From assembly GCA_010093815.1 (NCBI GenBank), contig ML996574.1: 64,000 nucleotides of DNA. The stretch is one strand, 5' to 3'. Shown piece by piece: positions 34,539 through 47,489 of the stretch. The notes below the pieces were generated by a model. That model saw nothing but the letters and a program-made list of their open reading frames with translations, was not told where the DNA came from and did no database searches. Position 1 is the stretch's first letter. Each line of letters opens with the position of its first letter. This DNA comes from Pseudovirgaria hyperparasitica. Lineage: Eukaryota. A program made the position numbers and the translations under genes.

Positions 34539-37500
34539 CTAGTATCTCATTTTGCCTAGCTGTAAGAAATTGTACTTGCACTGTCGATTGCTCTTGAACT
34601 GCAGCATATACACAACAAGTCGCTTGCTGCCGACGCCACCAGTTGCGGCTGCTCCACCGACGGTGCCGTCTTTGCCGACAATGTCCTCGACGACCTTGAC
34701 AGCGATACCGACACGGCCGTAGATTTCAAAGGCGTTTTCGGGTACCGTTGCGTCTAGCAGTACGGCGCCACCTTTCGTGACCACCAGTATTCGTTTGTCG
34801 CCTGGTGTGAGCGGAGAGACTTCAGTCGGAGCCATAATATGAAGTCGTGCCTTGCCGAGATCGTTCCATCGTCTTTGGCCGGATGACTTGTGGAAGCGGA
34901 TCTTAGTATTGCTGACGCCAATCGGCACGTTTGCTGCACGTCCGTCTGGCGACATAGGAGTGCTGCCGCCAGAGCTTGACCCGGATGCCTCTGTCGTCAT
35001 GTCTACAGCGACAGTGCTGGGGCTGCCGCGATAGTCAACCGATGAGCGAGCGATGCTAAATCGGCCACTGCCGCCGAAACGTTTGAGCGACGAGAAGAAT
35101 GACGATTTCGATTCGACAGAGCTGTTGATACTTAGAGCGCGTGTGCTCGACGCGCGGTATGAGCGACTTCGACTGAGTGATGCTGGAAGGCTCCAGCGAG
35201 GTTTACCGGCACGAGTATCCGGACGAGCGGCGTTGTTCATGTCTTGTTGCGCGGCCCAAGTGACTACCTGTGGCTCCTGACCGCGTGCATTCTGCAAGGC
35301 GATGAACGTTGGATTGTTTTCTCGCGACCATCTCACAGCCTGCCAGAGTTCTTCGCTCGCCATTGGGAAGAGGCTGCGAAACATAGTACGTCCACCAGCC
35401 TTGAGGAGCGAGAGACCGAGAGGAGGCGAGCGGATATCGATGTCAATATTCGTTCCTCGGTGTACCAATACATTAGGTGTTAAACCAAGAGCTAGCAAAG
35501 GGCGAGCACTGTCGTTTAGTTCTGGCTGCGCATGAGCTTGATTTAGCTCAAAAACCTCAATGAAGCCCGGTTTGATGACAACGCTGCAAGGCTCTTTAGA
35601 AAGAGGTTCCCAAGACGCAACGCGACCAGGTTCCTCTCTCCACGTGAAGATATTGGCTACGCCTTTGTATGCTATACTCGCTGCGCCCGGAATATCTCTG
35701 TAGGGCTTCTGAGATGCCGAGCTTGATGGGCCTAGTGAAGTCTCCGGCAGAGATCCAGAAGAATTAGGTCGAGGCGCGGGCTGCATATGAGGCGGGGTCG
35801 GAGGAGGCGGTTCTACTGGAACATCAAATTCTTCGTCCAAACTGTCTTCCGAAGACTCAGAAATGATCGAGCCTTCATCATCAGACGAGTTGTTTTCGCT
35901 CTCTGAGGAGGACTCAGTTGCCGTGGACGGCTCGTACTCGTGTTTCAATGGTGATGACGAGCGCCGCTTGGTGCGAAATGGAGACAGAATAGGTGCAATA
36001 AGATTGCTTAGACCAGTTTTCGGAGGAGATCGGTGTGGTGGAGGAGGTGGTGGAGAGTCTTCTGGATCCTTGCTAAGGTCTTGTTCCACTTTCGCTGGGA
36101 GGACCGGCGCTGATTCAGAGCGATCCATACGCAGAGGTGCGGCGACGGCTCGAACTGTATCATGTTGACTACTGGTTCTTACACGCGGTATCATGGGAAG
36201 GTCTGTGGAGGGTACTGAGGATGCACGACGATGTATAACAGGCCTTTGAGATTCTTTCAGAGATTCTCGTTTCCGACACGTGGTGTCGTCCAGGGGCTCA
36301 TCCTCATGATCATTAGAGTTAGAAGGGGGATACCAAACGCTATAGTCCTTGCTGACTTTCGCAGTCGCCTGAGGAGTGGATGAGTATGAGCGCATTCGTC
36401 CATGAATTGACTCGTCTGGTTCAGATTCTTCTGGAATAGGCGCATCCATGGTGGGTGTGGTAGGTGTCGATCTCGCAAAGCGAGTCGCCTTAGATCGTCG
36501 CAGTCCGGTAGAATCTGTTCCGGCAGCCTGCATGGCCTCGTTCAGATCCCTTGGAGTGACTGCGTTTTCGTTGCGGCTTTGACGGGCACTGGAATTTGGG
36601 GTCTTGGTGCTCTCTTCGCGTTCTTTGCTTGGAGGAGTTTTTGGTAAATCTTCTAATCTGTGGCCGGTATTCTTGGTTGGAGTGGAAGCCTGACTCCAGC
36701 GCCTGGAGGCTCCTCTTACAGGCTCTCCAAGAGGAACGTCAAACTCTCGCGGGCTTGGATTCCGACTCCGGGCCGGTGATGTTATTGCTGTGGATGCAGT
36801 GTATGCACTTGATACTAGAGAGGAGTCGTAGCTGCTGAACTGTAGCGAGGACTTGCTGACAAAGCTGGCAGCACTGGATATCTGAGCCAGAGGAGGCGGG
36901 ACTGGGCTATCTCCAAGCATTTGTATCCACTCAAGCGCAGAATCTTCGTCTGTGCTCTTCAGAACAAAAACCTCTTTCCACTCCTCTCCGCCGGACTGGA
37001 GGCCTCGGATCATGACGACGAGCTCCTCGGGGCTATCACCTTTGCGTGCTGATATCCGCCCTGTTTGTATTGGAGGAAAGAATAACCAACGATCAGCGCT
37101 GTCCAGATCACAGATCAATACATCGCCGCCAGTGCCATTCGCAGGTGGGTCATCTCGTAGCAGCAATTCGACACGACAATCGATTTCTTGCCCACTAGTA
37201 TGCAAAAGATGCATGTCGAAATAATCCCGAGCTCTTACACAGCGAGCCGGGTCGATGGCGACACCTTGAAGTGCCGTCAAGGATTTCGGATCTCTTGCGC
37301 GCGTGGGATCTATAGACGCTGCAGCTTCGTCCTCCATACGAGCACGCTCCTCGTTATTTCTTTTGCGCGCATCGAGGACAAGATCCTGAAATGCCAGAGA
37401 AGTCGTCTCTGCCTTTTCTGAAGGCTTGAGAAAGTTGATACCCTTTACACAGGTCAGCCAAGCGTGAGAGTAACTGGGTCGTTTCACATACCTTGAAAGT

Positions 37501-39918
37501 CTTTGCCAGCCACTTCAATCTCACAAGAGGCCTCTTGAGAAGGAATGCCACGTCAACTCTTTCCCCATCATCATTGACAACATAGCCTTCTGCGTTTCGT
37601 GGAAGACCTTCATCCCAAGCACTTTTGCTAGGCTTGCTGTGTGACTCCAGTGTCTTCGTTGTGGGACTGTCTTCACTTGCAGGAGCCAGGTTGACCACGA
37701 CATTCTGAAACCCCAGTCGCCAGGTCTTGATGTAGTCAGTGTAGATACGCTGCGCAGACTGGGCCCAGGATAGCAAGGCGCTGTCGTCCTCTAGAGGAAT
37801 CCGTCTGTGTAAAGATTTCAGTCTTTCTAGAGCGATACCCATGTCAACAATTGGCTTGGTAGAATTGGGATCTTGCTTTGATGCTGAAGTGCTGAACAAT
37901 CCTGCTGCGACAGCCGCGTCTGACTTGGAGAGAACACAAGCAAGCAAGACAGGAATGACACCGTCGACGAGGGTATTGAGCTCTCTCTTATATTTATCTT
38001 CGTCCGAGGAAAGTTCTTTCATGAGATCCTGTATTGTTGCCGTTTCGAGTCGAGTGCGTGAAGTGCGAATGCTGTGTGCGGAGACGAGGCTCTTGCTTTT
38101 GGATCTTGGAAGGGAAAGAACGGACATGAGGTCCGCATGTGAAACAGTTTTATTTCTAACACTGCGACGGCTTTTGACCGTAGCGGATGATTTCGTGTCG
38201 TCAAGTACAGACTCTGCGGGCTCTGAACCTTGTGCAATAGACGGTGCTCGTTGCATTCTCGCGTTGAAGGTGTCAACTGAAGCTATCGTTGATAGTCTTT
38301 TACCAGTTGTCGGGAAAGCTCGCCGGCCAAATTGGTCTGTGGGCCGAGCTCTTGCTGTTGGCTCTGGAGCATCAAACATCGACCCTTCCACAGACGAGGA
38401 CGGGGCCGAGGATACGACACTACCATCATCGTATGTTTCATGTAGCTGAAGCGTTCTTGGTCTTGCTTTCGTGGGAGACTGCGCGCTTCGGCGTGCTCCG
38501 CTCCGTTTCAAAGGCGAAGAACTCGATTCCGGCTCTGTGTTCAATATCTTGGCTGGAGGAGATTTTGTGTCTGGCCGACTTGGGTCGATGGCTTCATGTT
38601 TTTGTTGTGAATCTTCAGTGGCAGTTCCTTCGGAGGATGTAGGCGACCGTCGACTGCGTCGTCTTCTCTTCTTGCCTGATTCCGCATCCTTGTCGCGATC
38701 AGATGTGGCTTTTTGGTCCGTCCGACTTATACTGCTGCGGCTGTCGTATGTATGTGTCGACACGCTCGACGAGCCTGTCTGGGATGAGATTATCGATGAT
38801 CCACGAGATTTCGTTTTCGCCTCGACAAAAGGATCCGAGGTTGTGTCTAACCAGGCTTCGATACGGGTTGGATGCACACCCACTGGCGCATCTGGGTCTT
38901 TGGCTTTTGACAAGGACAATTCTCGTTTCTTCTGAAGACGCTTCCTAGAGTCGGGCGGTTCTACGTTCTCGCCTTCTGGCATCGTTGGTTTGCTAGCCTC
39001 CTCGACATTATCACTGGCTCGTGGAGACCGCCGGTTCTTCCTGCGGTGCCGAGTCGGCGTCCTCTCGGCAGATTCTTCAGATGATGGGACCTGCGCAGCG
39101 TCCTCACTGTGGTCGAACTTGGGAGACGATCTTCGTCTTCGTCTTGGCGTCCTGATTTCAACAGGTGTAGTGACTGGTGAACTGAGCTCGTGATGCCTCG
39201 AAGAAGAGGAAGATATCTTCGAAGTTTCGATTGTCTCGACCCAGTCACGAACTGGTTTGTTAGCCTTGGTGGGCTTGATCTCCTCCGTCTTGAACGCTTC
39301 TATTCCAGCTTTGACAGCCGCTGATTGCCTTCTTTTGCGGAGAACGTTCGACTCGTTCGCAACATGGTCCGGGATTTTGCTGATGACCTTTTGCTCAGTC
39401 TCTTCCTCCTCCACTGGCTTAGCTTTTGGCCGTTCGCGTACCCAACCAATTGGCTTTCCCTCTTTAGGAGGCGATCGATTTTTTCGCCAATGGCCATCGC
39501 TTACAACTCTCTTTTTTGGTGCGATCGCATCTCGCAACTCGTCGTCCAATGTATTGTGTCTTGGCTTGCTGGCCGACTTCACTCGAATCTCCACCTTGGG
39601 TGCCACCGGTGTGATTTCTTTATCTTTGGTTCCTTTCCGGGGACTTTCAGGCTTATCTTTGATACGGTCGTTGTCTGGCGCAGCGTTTGAATCTGGAGTG
39701 ACCACGACACCTCCACCAGTTGTCTGCCATTTACGAACCTTGTCCTGCACACTCTTAGGATCGATTGGGCCAGGTCCAGCTCCCAATTTCAGCCCGCTGG
39801 CTTTCGCAGTCGTCTTTTCGGTTGGTTTTGGCGTAACGATTTTGATCTTGGGTGTCGTCGCATCTTTTTCGTGCTGGGGTGACGCTCGAAGAGTCTGAGG
39901 GCTGTCTTTTACGGTCAT
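34539..39918 (-). CDS. Very large (~1770 aa) protein with a disordered N-terminus, a DH (RhoGEF)-like domain and PH-like domains; exons 39918-37492 and 37442-34539
   Basis: Intron 37491-37443 GTATGT...GCTGAC...AAG is in frame. DEDKYKRELNTLVDGVIPVLL and VAFLLKRPLVRLKWLAK resemble DH-domain conserved regions; EVFVLKSTDEDSALEWIQMLG resembles a PH C-terminal helix. Confidence 0.85.
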
Positions 39919-40833
39919 TGGAGCCTATATTAATATGCGATTAGCATGAAGGTATCGTGCAGACAGTATCAGAAGAGCCAAAGCTATGCTAGGCTTTGTT
40001 TGGACGCGAGGAGTCTTACGCACCTTGTGGCAGGCTCGTTGTAGGCCAGTCTACTACAGAAATGATGCAGCTGGAGACCAGAGCGATTTGACTGAGGGGA
40101 TCTCATCCGTGACTGAATTGAGCGCAACGTATATGTCGTGTGGCTAGGGAGTGCTGGTAGATGTCGGAGTATTGTTTGGCTCTCTAGATATCTAGCTCCA
40201 GCTTGCTCGTACAGTCGTGGTTCGCCCCACTATTGGCGTGCCAACCACAGCCGCGATATGATCGAGGGAAGGGAAATAAATTTAAGGGTACACTACGGTC
40301 TAGAGAAAGAGTATGCAACTTAATGCAGCAAATGAGGGTATACAATCAAGCGACGGACAGATGTGCGTAGTCATGCGAGGCACGGCGATCGTTTTGTTTA
40401 GCACCTAGGTATTTACCCTGACAACATCGAGATGGAGCTAAGCACGCGCCACGAGGCTTGGCTGGGCATCGCAAACCTGTTGCTGTCGGAATGCTACAGC
40501 CACCTTTCCCAGAATTTCTGTGATACCTTTCATCAATGCTGGGTTGATCCTTGATCTCATACGATCGATGCTGGCTACATTGTCTTCTGCATCTTCTGGC
40601 TGACGTTGTCGTTATTGTCATTGTCATTGTCCGTGGTCATCAGACCTCGTCGCACATGTGCTTGCCGTTCATTATACAGCAATGCTCGTCCGGAAGTAAT
40701 GTGCAATTCGTACTAATTATCACCAATATGCAAGTAATCAGATGCACTTAGATCGCCACAGGTCTCACCCGCTACATGCTTGCGCCTCACCCGGCCTTGT
40801 ATCCTATCCCCGCCCACGCCGACACATTCATAA

Positions 40834-41776
40834 CTACTGAAGCTTCTTCGCAAATCCATTCGCTTTCAGCACTTTCTCTGATTTTTGCAGAGCTATGAAA
40901 GCACTGGCGCTGGCCTTGACACTGTTTGTGAGTAGAACTGCTCGAAGTCAGCGGCTGTGAAATAGCGTGGCAGGTATTGGCGCACCTAGTGGTACGACGA
41001 TCCAGAAAAAGTTCATTAGGAAATAGTAGCCCCAGAAGTAATAAGCTTCCGGTCGTGAATATTGCCTATCGAGGAGGACGTCATCGAAAATGCTGGTGGC
41101 GTAATAGAGAACGTCCCCGTAGAGGTGGCCCAGCGATATAATCGCTTGGAACGGATACCGATATGGACTATCTATGGCAATGAGGGCTGCTGTCAGGTAT
41201 GAGACGGGTCCCCAGATCAACTGACTCGATCTATTAGCACCGAGAGGAACCATTAACACAGCTGGACGGAGCACTTGCAGATGTGATTGTCTCCATGCAA
41301 AGCACAAAGGTATTCTGTGTCAGGTATCGCGAGTCTGACAGGGCATACTCTTTCCAGAGCTGCCCAAAGAGGTCTTGCCGCGATCCCATTTCGCGAAAGT
41401 TGAGCACAAAATACCCTTCGAAGAACACATGGAGCGATCCGCCTTGAGACAAGTCAGCTCGGAGCTTGATAATGAGTTTGTTGCGCATCGTCACACATAA
41501 GACAAACCACATCATGGTAACTAGATCTCCCCTCGAGATATTTGCACGAACTCTGCGACCGGCCACATATGTGATGGCGAAAAGTGCCACACACAAGGAC
41601 GAAAACACTCCTAGAAGAGTTAAGACAGACGATTCATTTGCCTCATATCCCGCAATATCGACACCAAGAGGATAGTAAGGATGCAAAGGCTCTGCGGCGC
41701 GTATGGCTGTCTTCTGGTTGACGGTAGGAGATTTCAAGATCTTTTGCCTGTCGAGAAAATGTGCAAAGTGCGACAT
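40834..41776 (-). CDS. Emopamil-binding protein (EBP/EXPERA) family sterol delta8-delta7 isomerase-like, four exons
   Basis: HPYYP, HVFFEGYF, GQLWKEYALSDSRYL, CMETIT, WGP, GHLYGDVLYY, YFWGYYFLMNFFWIVVP and a C-terminal KKLQ ER-retrieval signal. Introns at 41496-41443, 41278-41221 (GC-AG) and ~40986-40938. Confidence 0.92.
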
Positions 41777-42011
41777 GTTGACCGATGTATCCCAATCCAC
41801 ATCGACACGCGAATCGTGTATGAATACGTGAAATGATTGCCAACACGAAAGTCCACGACTTTAACTTACTCAGTACCAAGACAGCCTTGGCAAGGGCCCG
41901 GGCGTTCCTCAGCAAGCCTCGCTCCCAATTGGGATAGTCGATACGTCTAACATCCTGTCTTCGACATGCTTTTCAGGATGGACTTACAATCAATTATCGG
42001 AAGTTCGGCTA

Positions 42012-44102
42012 ATGGCTCCCAAAGCATATGTATATAGTCCGTTGAAGGACGCAGAAGAGGAAATACGTCTGCTGAAGCTCATTCAAGCCGATGATAATGA
42101 ACATGTCAGGTGCGAGCTGATCACAACGAGTATCGCGGAAGCGCCACCCTTCTACGCACTGAGCTATAGATGGGGTCAGGTAGACAAGGCGACATCGATA
42201 ATATGCCAAGGGTTGTCATTGCAGGTCACTCCCGATCTACACACGGCACTGAGGCATCTGCGGGACATGGGCCACGGCGAGACCAAGCGACAATACAAAT
42301 TCGAGAGTCCCTATCTGTGGATAGATCAGATATGCATCAACCAGTCCGATCTTGATGAGCGTGCCCGTCAAGTCAGAATGATGCAATCGATTTACTCAGC
42401 TTCATTGAGAACACTGATCTGGCTTGGACCTCAGGACGACTTTGCCGAAGATGCCCTGGCCTTTCTCGACCACCTCTACAGTATATGTCGCCACCAGTAT
42501 CCTAATGCAACAGAGTCCGCAGATATTCTCGACAAGGCTTACACTCCATCTCAACATGAACAACTCGGTATCCCGAACATAGACTCCCGGCCATGGTTCG
42601 CGTTCAAGAAACTTGCACAGGCTTCCTGGTTTCGTCGCGTATGGGTCATACAAGAGGTCGTCGTATCGCCTGCAGACCCCTGGATCATATTTGGTCATAC
42701 TATGTATACATGGGAGAAGCTCTCTTGGGCTTCAACCTGGCTCTTTCGCAATGGCTATAGCTGGCTGCTCAAAGTTCCACACGAGCTGCTTAACATCGAT
42801 GCGATCGCTGAAGTCCGGAGATTGGCAGGCCAATGGTCTCTGGCTTCCTTGCTCGCAGAGCTAAGTCCGATTTTCGACTCCCACGATCCTCGAGATAAGG
42901 TCTTCGCATTAGTTGGTATGTCGATCGACGTCAAGGGCTTGCGGAACTGGCCTGTGGAGCTTCAGCCGAACTACAGAAAGTGCCCACAAGATGTCCATCG
43001 TGATGTTGCTCGATACATCATATCTACAACGCGAGATCTCGGATGTTGGTCAGCTCCAAGTCACGGAAAGCGAGCTCACAATCCGATATCGCAACGCTTG
43101 TTCTCGGGCTCTAGCAAACATTTGCTCTCCTGGGTTCCAGACTGGGCACCTACACGCTATGAATCGACTGTGATACCGGTGAGATTTGCTGAGAGTTCAA
43201 ATTCTAGAAAACCACCGTCTATAGCTCTGGGATACTTATCCCAATTCAGAGCGTTCCCCAATAGCACGGCTGAGCTTGGCACAGTGAAGGATCCTAACGT
43301 GCTATCGCTGAAGGGGTTTGCAGTCGACACTGTCAAGTATTGCTCACCTTCCCTTGCGCGACTACGCATATGGCTCCAGGAAAGCCCAACAGCGAAGATC
43401 AGCGCGCGAGAGCAGCTGGGCGATGAGATCAAATTCGTCAGTAAAGACAACCGACTAGCAGCTGCAAGGTGGGCTGCCCACCATTTTAATGGCCTAGGCT
43501 CTCCTGAGATCTTTACAGAGTGGAAACACATGGCGCGTATGATGGACAAGGTTCCCCCTGATAAGTTCAACGTTGCTTTTGCGATGGCGACAACATGCGG
43601 AGATGGGCTGATCGGGGGTGATGAGGAAGATGAGGATCTCAGACTCCAGAATTTCTGCAGCTATATAAAACACTGGATTGATGTTGAAGGTGAGGTTGAA
43701 GAGAAGATGCGCAAAAGATCCCTAAAGCTCGCACCATTCTACACCTACATTCCTGGCTCGACTGAGACGCATTCAATACCGCTGCTCGAGCATGTCAAAT
43801 ACATCAAGGCAAATCTCGAAGGCGGTGTGCAATCAGAGTATATCAAGCTCGTCCAAGACTGGTCTCACGGTCGACGCATATTCGCAACCAGGGATGGCCG
43901 GATTGGCATAGGGCCGTCAGACATGAAGCCCGGCGACAAAGTGTGTGCTCTGCTCGGTGGGCAAGCGCTGTACGTGGTACGATTGCAGCGAGGCGCATAT
44001 ACCCTATTGGGTGACGCATATGTTCACGGTTTGATGAACGGAGAGGTGCCGGACATGTCAAAGCGAGGAGAAGTCGAGCTGTCCATGTTCGACATCAGAT
44101 GA
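42012..44102 (+). CDS. Heterokaryon-incompatibility HET domain protein, het-6-like
   Basis: Intronless 696-aa ORF: IRLL, YALSYRWG, LWIDQICINQ, QVRMMQSIY, WLGP, WFRRVWVIQE, DPRDKVFAL, SWVPDW, and C-terminal GRIGIGP..GDKVCALLG...LLGDAYVHGLMNGE. Confidence 0.95.
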   Translation: MAPKAYVYSPLKDAEEEIRLLKLIQADDNEHVRCELITTSIAEAPPFYALSYRWGQVDKATSIICQGLSLQVTPDLHTALRHLRDMGHGETKRQYKFESPYLWIDQICINQSDLDERARQVRMMQSIYSASLRTLIWLGPQDDFAEDALAFLDHLYSICRHQYPNATESADILDKAYTPSQHEQLGIPNIDSRPWFAFKKLAQASWFRRVWVIQEVVVSPADPWIIFGHTMYTWEKLSWASTWLFRNGYSWLLKVPHELLNIDAIAEVRRLAGQWSLASLLAELSPIFDSHDPRDKVFALVGMSIDVKGLRNWPVELQPNYRKCPQDVHRDVARYIISTTRDLGCWSAPSHGKRAHNPISQRLFSGSSKHLLSWVPDWAPTRYESTVIPVRFAESSNSRKPPSIALGYLSQFRAFPNSTAELGTVKDPNVLSLKGFAVDTVKYCSPSLARLRIWLQESPTAKISAREQLGDEIKFVSKDNRLAAARWAAHHFNGLGSPEIFTEWKHMARMMDKVPPDKFNVAFAMATTCGDGLIGGDEEDEDLRLQNFCSYIKHWIDVEGEVEEKMRKRSLKLAPFYTYIPGSTETHSIPLLEHVKYIKANLEGGVQSEYIKLVQDWSHGRRIFATRDGRIGIGPSDMKPGDKVCALLGGQALYVVRLQRGAYTLLGDAYVHGLMNGEVPDMSKRGEVELSMFDIR

Positions 44103-44777
44103 GAGACTGACGTCCCAAGGTCCAGGCATCGCATGCCGGTGTTGACTCCTTCATCCAATTGCACGTCACGTCTTCGAGTCTGAATCGAGTCGATTCTGAA
44201 ACACTCTCCTGCCAACGTCTATAGATTAGTACCAACACAGCAATTCAACGGCTTTATTCGTCCATAAAAAAGCATCTATCCCAGTCCGGAATAATAGGAC
44301 CGCGAAAACGCCGCATCCACTCCGTCATATCCTATCCCATCATCCAAGATTACACATCGCACCGCCCTTTCAGGCATACCAGGGTTATGAGGCTCAAAGT
44401 AATCAACACTGCATGACAGCCCCCATACCAGTCATCAACAGGCGCGACAGACTTCTGTAGATTTTCCTCACGCCTCCCCAAGCCTGGCTCTCCAGGATAG
44501 CCCTGCATTGTCGTACAACATCCCACCCTCCTCTCACTCCCTATCTTCCTATCCTAGCACACACCACACCACACAGACAGAACAGGCTCCAGATACCGGG
44601 AATACAACGACAAGGACATCACAGACCGCCGTCGTCCATGAGCGGACAGAACCCGGCATCCATGCACCCGCCCACCTATGGATTCTTCCGAACACTCACT
44701 CATAATATTAATCCTCAGGCATTCGATCGTATAACCCCCCCAACCAACCAACCAACTACACACAAATTACCGCCGAC

Positions 44778-44826
44778 ACCATCATCATCATCATCATCAT
44801 CCTCATCACCATCCAAATCCTCATCA
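44778..44826. repeat. Imperfect (CAT)n microsatellite inside a C/A-rich low-complexity zone
   Basis: Directly visible. Confidence 0.85.
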
Positions 44827-46322
44827 CCACCACCATCATCATCACAACCAGCGCCTCTCAAAACTTGAAACAATCCAAAGCACCCCTAACCCTGCACAAC
44901 ACACCCACAACCACAACCACAGCCACAAGCCCCAAAACACCATGACATACATGCCTGACACGACCAGAGCCCGCGATCTCGGGTGTGATACATCAGCCGC
45001 CTTCTGTCTTGGCATTGTATCGCCTTTCTCTGCATCCGCTGCCGCACACCCGCACCTCGCACATCCGCTGCCTGTATCCGCGTCCGCAACCCTGTTTTCA
45101 CAGTGCCACATACACAGACCAACCCCTTAGTAGCGGAGCATACTGCCGCAACGCAACGCAAAGCAAGCAAAGCAAAGCAAAGCGCTCTATCTCGACGTCC
45201 TCGGTCACACCGGTTGGGGGAGACGAGGAACGGGGTGGGGTTGGGTTGCTTGCCCCACACGAACAATGATTGATCATTATGTATGTTCTTTGTGCTTGCG
45301 CGCGCGTACGTAGATGCGGAAGGAGCGGTAGTAATTAGCGATATTAATACCCAGTAATTAACATAACAATACAGCTAAAATACATAGTTAACTGCTATTA
45401 TCTGCTATCTTGTCTTTCATCTTCTTCTCCAAGTCTTCGCTCCCCGCAAAAAGGAAACAGGAAAGACTACTACCTGCACGTGGTATTGCATGACGGGCAT
45501 TAAATCAATTTAACTAAAGTGGTGCTTCGTCGCTAAGCTTTTTGAGATGATAATACATATACATATCTATATAAAAATATATATGGATACTCGTAAACAC
45601 ACGCACATAATCGCCTCGATCAGTGCTTATGCCAATTTCAATCCTGAGTAGATTATGGAGACCTTGTTAGTTAGTTAGTTGGCTGGTTCGTAGGTAGATG
45701 GGCAAGGATGATGACTGCTGACAGGATCCACTCTGATGTAACTATGAATGCATCCATGTTAGCTGACAATTGCTTTGTCAGAGAGTCCACTTCCAGTTCT
45801 GGACTAGAATTTGATTACGGTCCTGAGGCCATGCTATCACATATGCGTCAGAGCATCAGTAACGAACGTGGAAAGTTCAATGGTTGATACAGATTAATTC
45901 GCCCGAAACTGTGTGAGGTCGTGGCTGCTAATTATATGGACTGCTAGTGGTTGGCACAGCACGGCCCATACGTTTCCTGTCGGACCCACATGCTCCCTTC
46001 TCTTTCGTGAATTCCTTCAAGAATCGTGACGTGCGTCTGAACAAGTAAAAAACGACCGATTCCATCGCACACATCTCCTAAACTCCGTCTATTTGTTGAA
46101 TCTGTAACCGATATATCCGCTCCGTTCATACTCCGTCCGCAGGCTGAAGGTCTGCGCAAAAATTCAGGGTTTGCACATAGGCAAATGCAGCAAAAACGCT
46201 AATCAAAATGGTAATTCGGTGCGGGATGACAGCAGCACCAGTAAAGAAATGTGCAAGGTTGCGTGTTGGTTGGTAGCTGGCCTGTAGCTGTTCGCGCGAA
46301 CTAAGGAAAGGGTTTCTGTATG

Positions 46323-47489
46323 CTATAGTCGGAAGAGTCGCGAGTTCGATGAAGGAACCATCGTTGCTCGGGGTGCCGGAGGTGTTGTTGCAGGTATGTA
46401 TTTCGGGAACTTGCCCTTGAGTTCATCGTAGCCTTGATAATAGCCTTCCATCTTCCAGCGCACGGCAAGAAACCAATCCTTGACCTTCTGGTGATGCGAC
46501 AATGGCTCTTCCCACCATTTCATGTGAGCGGAAACGACGCCACCATCGAGATCGTTTTCGTTCAAGTCGCGAATATTCCACGTTCGGTCTAGGCCAGTCC
46601 ATGGCATCGGGCCATCTCGACGATGAACATAATTTAGTAAATTCTGTTCCATGTACAAGGGCGAGAAGCGGTCTTCGATATTCATGACTGATACAACGTG
46701 CTCGTACATTTCCTTTGAGGGAGCAAGCATGAAGAAGCCAGCGCAGAAGTAGTCGGGATTTCGCACCTCCTCGTCGGTTGGGGGAAAAGAGTGATCTGGA
46801 CCCTCGACTTCGGCTGTACTAGCCAACAGATATTTTTCGGGAAGAGGTGCTTCGTCATCCTTTGTAAGTTCGGGGTCATTGTTTGTTTGCATAAGCTGGG
46901 CCATCGGGTCGTCAAAGATCTGGTCGAGCGGTGATTGGAGAAGAGTGTCGCCGTCAATCAGGAGGACGCGTGAGTAGTCAGTGAGTTCGTAGACGTGAAG
47001 CTTGGACATGATATCATGCCATGTCTCCCGTTGCGCGCCACCAGATTTTTGCATCCAGTCAGTGTTGGGTGTCAACCAGTCTACCGGGTGTATTGTCGCT
47101 CCATCTTTTGCCAAGCGCGCGCGACGAGCTTCGGATACGTCTGGAGTGCAGAGAATGATGAAGGGGATGTTGTTGCGAGTCTTCGTCTTTGGGTCGTGGA
47201 GTAATTGGTAGGCAAGCATGCGAGTGGCGGTGAAGTAGACGTCGTCCTGCCAATTGTCGCCATTCTCGTTGACAGTACTGCTATACCATGTAGCGAAGGC
47301 GACCTTCTCCTCCGGGTTCTTGAGTGGATATTGATTTTCTGACGAGTCGAACGTATTGGAATCGGCTTTAAAGGGCAATGTGACATGTTGTGCGAGCTCA
47401 TCACGGTGGTGAGTCAGTAGAAGGACGATGAGGACGAGAAAAAAGCCTGCAGAAATGTACAGGAAACGAGTGTTGGCGGGATGCGCCAT
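46323..47489 (-). CDS. Glycosyltransferase family 8, type II membrane protein
   Basis: N-terminal signal anchor FLYISAGFFLVLIVLLL; YFTATRMLAYQLLH, SKLHVYELTDYSRVLLIDGD (DxD), YFCAGF, EQNLLN, HMKWW. Confidence 0.92.
   Translation of the reverse strand: MAHPANTRFLYISAGFFLVLIVLLLTHHRDELAQHVTLPFKADSNTFDSSENQYPLKNPEEKVAFATWYSSTVNENGDNWQDDVYFTATRMLAYQLLHDPKTKTRNNIPFIILCTPDVSEARRARLAKDGATIHPVDWLTPNTDWMQKSGGAQRETWHDIMSKLHVYELTDYSRVLLIDGDTLLQSPLDQIFDDPMAQLMQTNNDPELTKDDEAPLPEKYLLASTAEVEGPDHSFPPTDEEVRNPDYFCAGFFMLAPSKEMYEHVVSVMNIEDRFSPLYMEQNLLNYVHRRDGPMPWTGLDRTWNIRDLNENDLDGGVVSAHMKWWEEPLSHHQKVKDWFLAVRWKMEGYYQGYDELKGKFPKYIPATTPPAPRATMVPSSNSRLFRL

Noticed and set aside
45705..45770. Box C (ATGATGA) with downstream CTGA boxes, as a possible C/D snoRNA
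   Set aside because: Short, and I could not identify an rRNA-complementary guide. A snoscan run would be needed.
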